In this document: one piece after another, positions 50,578-64,000 of the stretch
Numbering within the stretch: the first letter of the stretch is position 1
How the letters are laid out: every line of letters starts with the position of its first letter
From: Gnetum montanum
Lineage: Eukaryota > Plantae > Gnetophyta
Reading direction: 5' to 3'
DNA: 64,000 nt
Assembly: GCA_015680685.1 (NCBI GenBank)
Contig: MNCI01002041.1
Span: 623,052 to 687,051 of the forward strand
Made by a program: the position numbers and the translations under genes
The notes under the pieces: model-generated
What the model was told of the DNA's origin: nothing
The model's database searches: none
The model's input: the letters and a program-made list of their open reading frames with translations, nothing else

Positions 50578-53500
50578 TGATGAGCAGCGAGGTATCTCTA
50601 CACTCAACCATACAAATATGAGCATTCATGTGCGATCCGGTCAAACTCCAAGGACTAAGTGCTTATGTGCCTTTATAGAACAAGGATGGGTTAGGTGATC
50701 ATTGTCTTCCCAAGCTTACTTGTATGGCACAATTGTATGGTTAAGTAAACTTGAGGTATGTGATTTTTATGCTTTTTTTATGTTTTATGTTCTTGGTGCT
50801 TAAAATGGAGAAATGAAATAATTAAATAACTAATTTAATTTAACTACTCAACTAGGCTCTAACTAGTCCTAACATCAACATCCATTCCCACTCTCCATAC
50901 ACAAGCTGAACCAATGTAACACTACTGGGATTACCAAACACTAGTCATTACTGGGTTACTAAGTGTTCCACATATGCTCGAAGTGGTCATATTGAGTGTG
51001 CTTACTTGTTGAAAATGAACAAATCAATAAAAGCAACATCAATTAACTAATAAGAGCATTGAATAACTGTAAATAACATTAAATGCAATAAATAAGCTAT
51101 TCTAAATGTTGCAAGGTTTATCACAAAGTTCATCTTTATTTTCGGACACAAGGTGTGCTTAGGTATATAATGCTCGAATAAAGATCCGTTCACTTGATGA
51201 CTCCTACTGTGGACACTCAGAAATAATTCTAACTCTGGAAAGGAAAAACTATAAGAGTTTGAGTAAGAAACTAACTATCTAATTGCCAAACCAAGTGCGC
51301 TCACCTCTTATTTATAGGCGATGAGATAGGTTCTGACATTGGATGTTTGATATCATTTGGTAGGCTTTGATATTGCAGAATTGATATCGTGGATCCAATA
51401 TTGCAGCTCATCAAACCCCCGTGACTAAATGAAAAATTTTCCTTGAGTTCCTTACAAAATATTGGGAAGGTATGGGATTATTGACAGAACGAAAACTATT
51501 GTGATATGGAATGACAAACTTAAAGTGCTCGGTGAATGGATCGACAAACATATTATAACATTGGTGTTCATAACCATTGTGGTGGACACTATACATAGTT
51601 GACATCCAGACCCTCATTCAATAGCTTGGAGAGAGAGAGAAAAAAAAGAAAATGAGGCGCGTTGCTATCGATGTTCAAATTGTGTACACCGTTGTTCATC
51701 CATGGCCATATGACCAAGCTTGTTCCTTGCATAAGTGCTTTTGCTCTAGTCCATCTTGAGTGCTCCCTCCTATCCTAGTCCATTATTTGTGTAATCGCCA
51801 TTTGCACACACAACACAATCACGAATTTGCAAGGATAGATAAGACATAATGTAGTTAATACCTTGCCTCGATATAAAGCACATTAGCTAGGTTGTGGGTA
51901 TGGCAGATATTAGGTTAGAGGTTTGTGACTGATAACTACCCATGTTGTAGGGGTAAGATAAGTATGGAATGGAAAAATTTGTGACAGGACCCCCATGACT
52001 AAGAGCGAACCTTCGGTAGCAATAAGATGGAAAAAGAAAGAATAAGGAAGAAGAGAGGAAAAAGAATGGTGAAGCCAATGAAATAAAAATGGATGTCATG
52101 GATGAGGTGAAATGGGAAATAGTTGATTGCAGAAAATGTTTAAGGGAAAGAACTTAACAACTGCACCATAAGGGAATGCCAGTGGGTCCTTCCCAAAGCA
52201 GGCTCATGCCATTTATGCCCTAACAAACCCACAAACCAAAGAGTCCATAGGGTCTAGGAATGACATATGGAAACAATGGTAAAGAACTTACCCACAAGAG
52301 TTTACCAAAGAAGAACAATGTGTCAACCAAGATATAGACTAATGATAAAACTAGCAATGAGGTGGAATATGGGAAGCAATACGGAAAGAGAGGAGAGAAT
52401 GGAATGGAATCCCAAAATTAAGGTTGTGTAAAGTCCCTTGTGTAGTGTATGATTAAGGTGACTTAATAAAATTCATTCCAAATTCAGATTAAAACTAACC
52501 ACATCTAGTGACCTTACATCAACACACTTGACCAACCCATCCTCCTGAAACAATAAGAATGCATCCATAGAGCCACCACCATTCCAACAAGAGAAAGATA
52601 GAGAAGCAGGAAGCAAGAAAGGGCCTTTGTTAGAGGGAACCTTCAGGCATGGGTAACATGTCTTGCCAATGCCATAATCAATGCTTATAGCCCATGTTTC
52701 TTTATGATGTCTAAGGGGTATGCTTTGAATTCTCACCATTTTTTTTGTGAGAACCACATCATGTAAAGACTTATTTGATTGAGTCAACTTTCTGATATTT
52801 GGTAAAGAGCAGAATGGTGGAAGATTATATGAAACACATCCAAGTATCCAAGAGAATAGCTAGCACAAATGCGTCGAATCCCCTTGAGGTCACACCCTTT
52901 TCAATCCATTTGAACCTTTCCTTGGTTTGAAGAATACCAAGCCACCAATTCATTAATAAGATTACTTAGAAAAAAGGATAGTACCGTTCCAAGATCAAGG
53001 GAGATCATAGAGCTAAATGGATGAATGGATGATGTGGACTCATTGCCTGTTTTATCAAAAGAAACCATATCTTAGTATCAACATTAAAAGTCAAAGGTAA
53101 AAACCAAACATTAGCAATCAACATCATTATAGTACAATCCACCATCATGAGCACTTATTATACGATAAGTGAGATTTATTTCAACAAAGTGTAATAGAGA
53201 AAGAAATAGTAAAAAATTTTAATGATGGTGTAAAACAAAAACAAGTAAAGATGAAGAATGTGTAAAACAAAAATGTGTAAAACCAAAAAGTTAAAGGAAC
53301 TGAGGGCTTTAGAATGGTTAGCATTGGTGGCCATCTCCCCCACGATTGAGTTGGAAGGAGGAGATCCAAAATAATGAGAAAGGTTGTCCATTAATAGAGG
53401 TAGTGTTAGTGCTGGCCATTTTAGGTTCATGGAAAGGTTTAGTTTCCTGGATGTTGACCAATAATTTCTTATTTAGGCTTTTAGGTTTATAGATCATCAT

Positions 53501-54436
53501 GGCTCCTATACGAAAAGATTCATGAATAATATAAGGTCCTTCCCATAGTGTTTGAAATTTAGTTCGTTGTGGCACATGTGTGGGATTTCAGTAAAGAACC
53601 TTATCTCTCAATTGGTACTTGACTCTCCTAATCCTTAGGTCATGATGTTGTTTGTTAAAGGCCTTGTGTAGTTCATTGGATGATAGGGTAGCTAATCAAT
53701 TTTCATCTAGCAAGTTAAGATTCATTAACCATTCTTTTTGTGCTAGATTGAGGCCAAGGTTGAGGTTCACAAGATTAGATGAAATGATGAGCGTCTTGGA
53801 ACAATGTAGGCCAATAATATCCTACAAGGAAGATTTTAATGGCTATTTTTCTCTCAGTGTAATTCCCCCATAAGGACCCTCATGAACATCTTGGAGAACT
53901 CGTAATTGATCTACATCAGGAACACACCATCAGACCAGACCATCAGAACATACCTTATAAAGGTGTCTGTTGATTTTCATGAAATATTTGGCTTGATGAA
54001 AAATTTTTTGTTTCTTTTTAATGTCTAACCCTTGTGGTGTTTCTTGTGTAAGCAATATAAGTTAGAATGCTACTATAACAATTTGTATCGGTGGGTAAGT
54101 GATTGTTTATCACACCTGCAAAGAGGAGTTCATTAGGGAAACCGTTAGAAATTGGATATTCATCCTCTTTGTTTGTCCCATTGTAATCAAGATAAATGAT
54201 CAGCGATAGCATTCTCGGTGCCTTTACGATCAATCATTGTAAGATCGAACTCTTGTAAGATCACGAGCCATTGTATGATGCGAGGGCTCACCATTGGTTT
54301 ATTCGTTAGGAACCGAATTGCACTATAATCCATGTATACAAATATCTTATAGCCCAATACATAGTGCCTAAATTTTTCTAGTGCAAACACCACAGTCATT
54401 AACTCTTTTTTTGTTGTGGTGTAGTTGAGTTGTGCA
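50578..54436 (-). mobile_element. 5'-truncated Athila-like element: RNase H, partial integrase, 3' region and 3' LTR (50578-51413)
   Basis: AQLNYTTTKKELMTVVFALEKFRHYVLG (RH); TLWEGPY (INT C-terminus); 3' region homologous to 47250-49230; PPT next to the LTR. The integrase core appears deleted near 53815. Confidence 0.88.
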
Positions 54437-55025
54437 CTAGCAATACTTCAACTTGCACAGTGAACTGCCAAGGAAACTGCCAAATCCCAATCTCTTGCCC
54501 CACATGCCATGTAAGGCAAAACAAAAAAAACATGTTTTAGTAGACCCTGCCTTAGCCCCGCCAGCAAGTGGTGGCTCTTGACAACCATCGCAAATCACTA
54601 CCCACACAATGCCATAAAACTTTAAAAATAATAATTTTTTTACAAGCCCTCTATACAAGCTTGTGGCCTTCTCATCTATCATTGTGTAGGTGACCATGAC
54701 GATTGTGGCCTTTGCTTCACCCTCATCACCTTTAAAACCCTCACATAATCTACCAAAACCCTTGCCCTCCAAGCCCTCTCCCCATGTGCTTGCACTACCT
54801 CCTTAGCCACAGTGGCCACAATGGCCACGGTGATGGTGGCCCTTACCATAGCAAGGCATTGCCAAAACCAAAACCCAAGCCCCAAACACCTAAGTACACC
54901 AAGGAAAGAGTTGAAAATAGTAAAAGGGGTAGTGTAGTTGGGGTACCTAGCGGTCGATGGAACTCTTTGCTCTTCTACGCTTGCCCGCAGTAGGCATCCT
55001 GAGACTTGCTCTCCTTCATCCACAT
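54437..55025 (-). pseudogene. 5' part of the antisense NIF-like extra gene in Tat element 2
   Basis: EKATSLYRGLVKKLLFLKFYGIVW...KRLGFGSFL aligns with element 1 QKDTPLIWMGLRPILIVLKIRGVLC. Same position (upstream of RT) and orientation. Confidence 0.55.
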
Positions 55026-55629
55026 TAGTCAGCTTTGGGTGTTGACATCCACTTCAGTGCAACATTTTGGCAACTATGCTTGTACAATTATGCTATGCTC
55101 TTAAAAGTTGGCATTTTCAACTTTGACAATGATAGATTTACCAAGGGTAAAATACACTTTTATACCCCTGGAGACCACTTAATTTTTTTATCCACCCCAA
55201 GACTACCTTCAACAATGCCAAGCATAGTTGGGTGTGACTGTAGTCACTAGAGTTAGAAAAATTTTCGATTTTTCTAGCTATCCCCAAACTTAGAAAAATT
55301 TTGAATTTTTCTTGTCACCCAATGGGCAGCCAAGCTAATTTCAATTTTTTGATGCACCAAGTCTTGCCCCAATGATGCACTTAGTGCATTAGAGTCTGCT
55401 AAGACCTCAAACTAGCACATTACAGTCTGCTAAGACCTTAAACTGGCAACCCCATGGCTAATTGAGGCATAAAACTAGCCCATGCATTCCTTCCCTTTAA
55501 AATCACATTCACATACTTAAGAAAATTTTTTATTGTATTCTTTTCTTTAACTATGCATATTACTCTTATTAACATAGGTGCATATTGACATTTTTTTAGT
55601 TATTTTGGTATGATTATTGCAAGATTTTC

Positions 55630-58600
55630 AACATGACTATGTACGAGCATCTTCATGCACCTCTGGTTCTTACTAGGCCTCATGGTGATCTCATGTGATG
55701 CATTGACCCACAATGCCTAGACCTTGAGCTGGTAGTCTATGATGAATACATAACATCTATAGAAGCACTGCTAGACTAGCTAGACTATCTAGTTAGGGCT
55801 CTAGATCTAGAGGTAGGTGACATCATCAAGGATCCCCTTATTGAAATCCCTATAGCAACATCTAGTGGTGAGGCAAAAACATTGAAACTCAGCATTTTTT
55901 TAGAGCCTCAACATGCCCAAAACATTACAAAAGTACCTAAAGAAAATAGCAAAGCATTTGCATGGTCTTATGAAGCTATGTTAGGCCTAGATCCTCATGC
56001 AATGCAACACAACATAATTCTCAATCCCAACATAAGACCAGTTAAGCAGAAAGATCGCAAGGTTAGGCCTGAGGTGGTATTGGCAATCTGTGATAAAATC
56101 ACTAAGCTCTACAAATATGATTTCATTTGGGCCATTGATTATGTAGATTAGGTATCCAACATCATGGTTGTACCCAAGAAAAAAGAAAGCATACATATTT
56201 GCATAGAATTTTGAGACCTAAACAAGGAAACTAGTAAAGATGACTTCCCATTACCTAGTATTAATCAATTGGTCAATACTACAGCTAGTCATGCCTTGTT
56301 GTCCTTCATGGATGGGTTCTTAGGATACAACCAGATTTGGATCAACCTAGTGCACCAACTTAGTACTACCTTTATGACCCCTTGGGGTACATTTTTCCAC
56401 ATCATGATGTCCTTTGGGCTCAAGAATGTAGGAGCAACTTATCAATGAGTCATAACATACATCTTTAGCAATTACATGTTAGGTCTGCTCAATGATTATG
56501 TTGACAATATAGCAGTTAAGTCCAAAGCATAATACAACCATGTAGATGACTTAGACCTTGTGCTCAAACATTGCCTAAAGCATGAACTTAGGTTAAACCC
56601 TAAAAAATGTCTCTTCTGCATTAAGATAAGTCACATGCTAGGTTTTGTAGTATTCGAAGCAAGAATACGCATAGAGCCTAATAAGGTTAAGGCCATTATC
56701 AACTTAGCATCACCAACCAACCTTAAGGAGTTATGAACGTTACAAGGCATATTACAATTCATATGTTGGTTTATCGCATGATTAACCAACAAATTGGAGC
56801 TAATGCAAAACTTGCTCAAAAAGGGAGTCCACTTTGAGTGGATAGCTCAATTCCAAGAGGCATTTGACAACCTCAAACAAGAGCTGGCTCAACTTCCAAC
56901 GGTCTACCCTTCACTAGGAGATAAACCATTCTACCTCTACCTTGCTACCTCTAACACATCCATTGCTTCTCTGCTTTGTCAAAAGCAATACCATGGCACT
57001 GAGGTTCCCGTATACTACCTAAGCCATGCATTAGTTTCCTTTGAAGCAAAGTATAATGATGTCGAGAAGAATTACCTTGCCTTGGTCTTTACACTCAAGA
57101 AGTGAAGGCATTATCGTTTCCATATCCAAGTCAACATCATCTACAAAAGCAATGTACTTCGAGTGATTACAATGAACATTTATGAGAGTAGTTGCATTGC
57201 ACATTGGAAAGTAATAACTATAGAGTTTGACCTACATTACATTGCATAAGCATCAACCAAAGGTTAAGTAATAGCTACACAACTTACAGCTTTCCCAATT
57301 GATGACTAAGTAATGATAGATTAAGAATTTCTAGATGAGGATGTCACTAGCATAAGTCAAATGCTTGACAACTTCAAGGCACTATTACACTTTGATGGCA
57401 CTTCAACCTCTCAAGGGGGTAGTGCCACTATCATAATCATGTTTCCCTCTATGGAGATTCAATCCTTCACATACTATTTTGCATTCCCATGCACTAATAA
57501 CATTGTGGAGTATGAAGGTCTCCTCTGAGGTATCTTAGTAACTCACAACCTAGGAATACAGAACCTAGCAATCCAACGAGACTCGCAACTAGGTGTCGAC
57601 CAAGTTATAGAGGTTTACGCTTGTAAAGCCCAGTACTTAAAACCTTACTGTGACTTGGCAAAGCACTTGCATAAGAAATTTGAAATTACTAATGTTCAAC
57701 ATATCCCCCACAATGAAAACTCCATTGCTAATGCATTAGTGATGTTAGCCTTAAGCATTACACTTGAAATGTTTCACACATCACCCACTGTAGTGGCAGA
57801 TTGCACCGTGCCCATCACGCAAACAATCAACATTGCATCTATAGCCACAATAAGCATGACCCATGTAGTAGAGTGGTACAAAGACATCAAGTCATACCTT
57901 CTATAGGGTGAACCTCTACAACATCTAATTTCTACTCAAAAGGATGCAATGCGAAAGAGATTGCGGTAGTATGTCATCGTGGGTGATAACACACTATGCC
58001 ACAAATCCTATGATGGCATACTGTTAACATGAATTCACAATAGCGAAGTGTAGATGTTTGTTGAACAAGTCCACAAAGGATCCTACAAAGGCCACATAGC
58101 ACCTAGGGAAATGGCATTAAAGATTAGACACTTAGGCTTCTATTGGCTAGACATGGAGTGCAATTTCATCTCCAAGGTCAAGACATGTAACACGTGCTAA
58201 TGACATGGTAACTTAATGCTTGTGCCACCCACTAAACTACACACAATGTAGATCATGTGGCCATTCCAACATTGGGGGTTGGACATCATAGGGCCTATAA
58301 TGCCTACGTCCTCCACAAGACATAGCTTCATTATAACCACAATTGAGTCTCTTATGAAGTGGGTTGAAGTTATTCTCCTTAGGAAGACTACATCACAGTA
58401 GGTTTACAAATCCATACTTGACAACATGATGACCCATTTTATTTTACACATGACCATAGTCATAGATAATGGGCCATAGTTTAGCAATGTTGAGACCAAA
58501 TCATTTTGCGAATGCTTCAAAATCAAACATTCATTTTCGTCATCCTACTACCCACAAGTGAATGGCTAAGTAGAGGCCACAAACAAGGTCATCGTCAATT

Positions 58601-59115
58601 TTTTAAAGAAGATGCTTATCATTAGCAAACGATGATGGCATGAGTAGCTAATCTACACACTCTAGGCCTACTGCATGACAAAAAGAACTACAATAGGTAA
58701 GATGCCATACAGTTTGGTTCATGGATTTAAAGCAATCTTGCCTCTTGAATTGCAAGTCCCATTGCTCTATGTAATCCTCTCAAGCTTCATTGATTAGGCT
58801 CAAAATGATGAGTTGAGGATCATGGGTCTCAACTTGATAAGGGAGGAGCACATGCAAACACTTGGTTAGATCGAGTGGTACCAACAAATACAATGACAAA
58901 AACACCATCACAATCAACATCAACACCCAATTAAGAAAGGGAACCTAGTCCTTAAGGCTATTCGGGAATCTACGAATAAATTCTTAGCCAACTAGAAAGG
59001 ACCTTTCTTGGTTGTCAAGGTCTATGACAATGGAGCAATTAGGCTTGCTAACTAGGATGGCAATGAATTTGCCAATCCAGTGAACCACACATACCTGAAG
59101 CTATACTACGCATAG
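55630..59115 (+). pseudogene. pol of Tat element 2 (RT-RH-aRH-INT), heavily decayed
   Basis: LSFMDGF, FGLKN, DYVDN, PVYYLS, LHFDGTS, WPFQHWGLDIIGP; many stops. Confidence 0.92.
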
Positions 59116-59149
59116 CACACAACACCTCATCAATGAGAAAGTAAGGTAA

Positions 59150-59690
59150 GCAATAGTCTGCTATGACTATAAACTAGCAAAGATTAGTTTGCTATGACTA
59201 TAAACTAGCAAATATTAGTCTGCTATGACTATACACTAGCACAGAATAGTCTGCTATGACTATAAACTAGCATAGCATGTTTGCTACGACATTAAACTGG
59301 CCCACATCCATAGTCTTCTATGACTATAAACTGGCACAACATGTCCGCTATGACATTAAACTGGCACCCACATCCATAGTCTTCTATGACTATAAACTGG
59401 TAAAGATTAATTTGCTACGACTATAAACTAGCAAAGACAAGTCTGTTATGACTATAAACTAGCATAGATCATCTGCTATGATGCTAAATTAGCATAGCTT
59501 GTCCTTGGTTCATGACATTAGACTAGCACAACCTCCACCATCCACTATGACGTTAACCTAGCACACAATAGTCTACTAGGACTATAAACTAGCACATCAT
59601 GATTTTCCAAGACCTTAAACTAGGCCAACAGTCTACTAGGAGCCTAAATTAGCAAAGTCCATGGTCTACCATAACCTTAAACTAGGTTTG
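59150..59690 (+). repeat. ~30-36-bp tandem repeat (TAGTCTGCTATGACTATAAACTAGCA plus variable linker), ~17 units
   Basis: Directly visible downstream of integrase. Confidence 0.9.
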
Positions 59691-61660
59691 CAATTCAACA
59701 CACATAGTTCTACGAACAAGCAAGCAACAATATTTCCAACTCCACACCATCTACCCATATCTTGTGGGCAGGGCAAGGGTACTACAATACCAAAATGGGT
59801 TTCCTATCAATAGAGGCCTTTGGAACATTTGTAGCATCACTGCCCTCTAACATTTTACTGATCTTCCAGAAACATTCTTGGGCATTTTGCTGACCTTCTA
59901 GGGCTCTTGCCATGGTTGCCAATACTACTAGCCCCAGGCCACACTAGCAATATTACCAACCTTAGGTATTTCATTATTGCTTGGAGCTCTCATCGTCAGC
60001 ACAACCCTTTTGAGTAGTCATAGAATTAGGGCCCTTGTCACCTTGTTGACTCTATTAGGCTCTTGCCATTACTCGGGCACTTGCCACCAATGTGGCTACT
60101 AGAGCTTTTGCAGCCTTCTCACTTCAGCACCTACACTGGTTTTCTTGCACTAGCTCTTCACGGTCTTGTAACTGGTCTAGCTATTACAACATTTGCAACA
60201 CACCCACATCTAGCAATTTACTTTCATCTCATGTTGTGTGGTTTTTTTTATTATTTTCTCTGCATTATGTTTGTAGGATGAAGCCCTAGAGGTAGTCATG
60301 CAAAGACACATCTCATTTCAAAGGTAAGTTACCACATTTCTCTAATGTGCATGATTGGACTAGCCATGCCACTTAGAGTGCACATCCCTAGCTATAGCCT
60401 ACTTGCATTTATCCCTATACCTTTCTTTTCCTTACCTTCCCCTACATCATCAAGCTTGCAAACCCCTTTGATGCACATGGCAGCCTCTTTATGTCAACTG
60501 CAGAACCCATAGTGGATGTAACGCAAATCATCCCATGGGAAGTTTTTGTGGGTTGATCAAAGCCTAAGCAGATGTAACATAACTCATCTTAGGGAGGAAA
60601 CACCTTTTCTACAAATGCAACATGATTGCACTAAGATAAAGCCCGTTAGGTGGCATGCAATCCACCTAATGAAAAGCATCCTGCAACTAGCATTTCATAA
60701 TGTGCAGAAACTAAAGAAAGTTCACCTCATAGTCAAAAAAAGCAAAAAATGCAAGAAAAAAGAAGAACAAAGAAGAATGGGGCAAAAAATATCCCCAAGA
60801 AAAACCATCAGAACTCTAATTTTGCAATCGAACCAATCTTAAATCTGCATCGACCTTCTCATAAGCACTTTGACAAGGGGTTGCAATTTCAAGGGCAAGC
60901 CATTTTGGTGCCATGGATGCTGACTCTCTCACAAGCATTCCAATGAGAGGTCACTATTTTCATGACAAGCCACCTTGGTGCCATAATCATTATCAGTTAT
61001 GGTGACTCGGCATTTTGCAATATTACACTGTTTTCATTTCATTTCCTTGTTATCCCCTAGCACATTCCCTACATCATTTATCCCCAGCATACCATTATCC
61101 TTAGCACTCTTGAACATGGTGAAGTGACCTTCGGTTAGATATTGATAAGTAATGTTGGTGCCAATCCTGTTGTGGTGTTTTGCGTTCATTGTCAACATCT
61201 CTCAAGCCACTCCTCCAGATATCAACAAAGAGGGGCCAATGAAATACCACCAAATTTGGGCTCCTAGGTCTCGACTGCAAATTTTTCTAAGTGTTAAAAC
61301 TTATCAAATTTTTTCTAAGTGCTGAGACTACACCCCCCTCTTCTCCCCTCACCCCTGCCCCTCCCACTACTGGTAGTATGCTCCAAAGCATAGTCAATGT
61401 TGTTGGCATAGACAACCTAGATTTGTAAATTTTCCTAAGTGTTGACAACAACTAAAAAATTTTCTAAGTGTCTTGACTACACTCTCCCTACCAAGACTAC
61501 TCTCTAGAGTGTATTCAGCGTAGTCTACATAGGAATGACTAGTTTTGCAAATCCTCCTAAGTGTCAAGCCATAAGTTGTCAAGTTGCTTGTACTGGAAGA
61601 AACAGTTTGGCAAATTTTCTAACTTCTGAGGCTACGCTTCCTACTATGCTCTAGAGCGTA

Positions 61661-61960
61661 GTTAGTGTAGTTTGCACAAAGATGTCATTTTTTTGTCAAA
61701 TTTTTCTAAGTATAATAACTATGCTCCCCCTGTCAGGACTACATCCCAACGTGTAGTTAGTGTAGTCTGCACAAAGATGTCATTTTTTTGTCAAATTTTT
61801 CTAAGTATAATAACTATGCTCTCCCTGTCAGGACTACATCCCAAAGTGTAGTTAGTGTAGTCTGCACAAAGATGTCATTTTTTTGTCAAATTTTTCTAAG
61901 TATAATAACTATGCTCTCCCTGTCAGGACTACATCCTAAAGTGTAGTTAGTGTAGTCTAC
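61661..61960 (+). repeat. 95-bp tandem repeat (x3) inside the LTR of Tat element 2
   Basis: GTTAGTGTAG unit starts at 61661, 61756, 61851 and 61946. Confidence 0.9.
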
Positions 61961-63339
61961 AATAGAACACAATTTTTGCAAAATTTTCCTAACTCCTAAG
62001 ACTATACTCTAGAGCATAGTTAGCATATTCTGTACTAGAACACAATTTTTGCAAAATTTGCCTAACTCTTGGGACTATGCTCTAAATCATAGTTAGTGTA
62101 GCCTACCAAAACTACCATCAAAAGCCTCCAGAGCTCAACACCAGCCTTCATCTCAGCTCCAACATTCTTTCGACAAGCAAGATCAACTTCATTTGCACCC
62201 TTCATTTGTCCCAAAATTGTACCTATGCTCGACACCACTCAAGAGAGTGGGCAATGTGGTCCCAGAGCGTAGTCTCCAAAATTGCACTTTTGCATTGTTT
62301 TTAGGTACATTGTAGTCTATTTGACATTCACATAGGTAGTTTGGCAATATAGTCACAATTCAGCAGTTTCATAGGGTCCATTAGAGCACACTAGTAGAAC
62401 ACCATTTTCTTCAAGGGGAGCATAGTTGGGGCTAGCGTAGTCCCAACTACCCCTCTACCATCTAGCATCCGATCCATGACTCACACTAATTCTAGCCCTA
62501 TAAATACCCTAGTGCTTCATGTTTTAGGTATTAGCATTTGAAGCAATCACTTGGCATTCTAGCATTTGGCAAACTCAGATCACACTTGGGATTTTGGGTA
62601 GACATCGTTGCACATCACAATAGCACCGTTGCATGTCGTCCAACATACCACCAACCACCGCAGCTTGTAGGACACTGTGGCAACCAACCTAGCAAGCTCA
62701 AACTTTATGGTGGACATTAATTTTCATAGCCTAGACACCCTAAGACTGCGACTACACTATGTACTATGTCTATTTATACACCGCGTACCTCCTCACCTTT
62801 TCTTTGCAGTTAACTATGCTTCCCCCCTCTCCTTGTTTGGGGTGGTGTCACTTTCTCTCTCGCTCACATCCTACACATTTTTGGCAGTTTCTTTTGCATT
62901 CTATCATTCTATTTGCATTTTTTGTTATTTCTGCATATTTTTATGCATTTGCATCCTTGTTTTGCACCATAACCCTTAACTACACTCACCCCCGTGGACA
63001 TTGTAGATGTTGCAAACATTGTGCAAACCCATGGCATTTGTTTTATCGTAACACCTATAAGTCCCATTTTGATCGACAAGACCATTTTGGGCATCCCACC
63101 TCCATTTCCAGTAGGCCCTCATACAAATACAAGGTCAAGGCTATGCAACTATGAACCTCTCAATGTACTGTTCCAGCCACCAACATTTTTGGTTGCTACA
63201 CACATATTTATAGCTGAAAAGAAACACTATGTCGATGAGGCCTCATCAATGTAGGATATGATGCATCGACTAGGCTTCATCGACCCAACCAACCAAACTA
63301 CGACTCATCAAATAGCATGTGATAATCCCAAGAAGATAA

Positions 63340-64000
63340 AAACATTTATCTAATCAAGAATATCAATTAAAGAGCACACATTTCTAGCACTAAGTTCCAT
63401 GAAAAGCTACTCCTAAATTATCAAGAACTAATCCAAGCCATTTAGGTGATATTCAAACTTAAAGCTCGAAGTGAAGTATAATCCTTGAAGATCAAGTAAC
63501 CTATCTCTAAACCAATAAGCCATTAGTAGTAAATATCATCTAGTTTTCTGATATTCTCCTTCTTTTTAAAACATCAACAAAAGAATATGGCCTAGAAATC
63601 TTTATGATAAGGAAAGTAGAGCAATAAATTTTCTGAAACATTTTTGTGTCACACGATTAAGTATAATGCAAACTATTCAAAGGATGTTTCAATCAAAATC
63701 ATGGACACTTTGACATAGATAGAATGATCATGGTCTTTCTCATATTGTTGTAAGGAATAATATCAAATATTTGCATTCTTTCATAAAAATATAGGTGCTT
63801 CTTACTTCATCTCATGCTTGAATATCAAATAGGTGGGCTAATGATATCTCCAATACATTGAGATCTGCTCTTTTTAGTTCAAAAACAAGGAACTACAACT
63901 AATCCAAAAAAAGGGACTACCAATTTGATGCCAAAGGCTAATGATAGATCATTTAGGAACAAGCATCCTATCTATTTGAAACTTGTATCTCTATACTCAA
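63340..64000 (-). mobile_element. Possible highly decayed LINE fragment
   Basis: Only weak resemblance to LINE ORF2 C-terminal motifs; no clear ORF. Confidence 0.25.

Larger units (their letters stand above)
54437..63200 (+). mobile_element. 5'-truncated Tat-lineage element 2 (related family), with 3' LTR 61240-63200
   Basis: pol is collinear with element 1; PPT AAAGAGGGG; LTR TGAAATACC...GGTTGCTACA, similar to the element 1 termini. Confidence 0.9.

Noticed and set aside
59150-59690. CRISPR-like array
   Set aside because: Plant retrotransposon context, linkers far too short and partly repeated, no cas genes.

Overview
Land-plant nuclear DNA (AT-rich, with assembly N gaps), mostly repeats. 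One intact host gene: an intronless NDR1/HIN1-like LEA_2 gene (40494-41240, -). Converging on it is a ~36-kb tandem array of at least seven 5'-truncated Bax inhibitor-1 (BI-1) pseudogene copies (last three exons), with two internal sub-amplifications and an inverted copy. A full-length 18.6-kb Tat-type Ty3/gypsy element (10680-29257, TSD GGTTA, tRNA-Asn PBS, RT-RH-aRH-INT) and an Athila-like solo LTR sit in the array; an Athila-like 3' LTR cuts its first copy. Further right are a decayed LINE, a gag-protease-only Athila-like element (43138-50098, TSD ACGTT), a truncated minus-strand Athila and a second, 5'-truncated Tat element. The most notable feature: the ~5.2-kb predicted intron between protease and RT of the Tat element holds an antisense, multi-exon gene. 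It appears to encode a catalytically altered FCP1/NIF (HAD) phosphatase-like domain fused to a plant-mobile-domain-like region. A homologous start is at the same position in the second Tat element, and both elements carry arrays of a shared AAACTAGCA motif on both sides of pol. All calls come from manual reading and translation; no database search was run.
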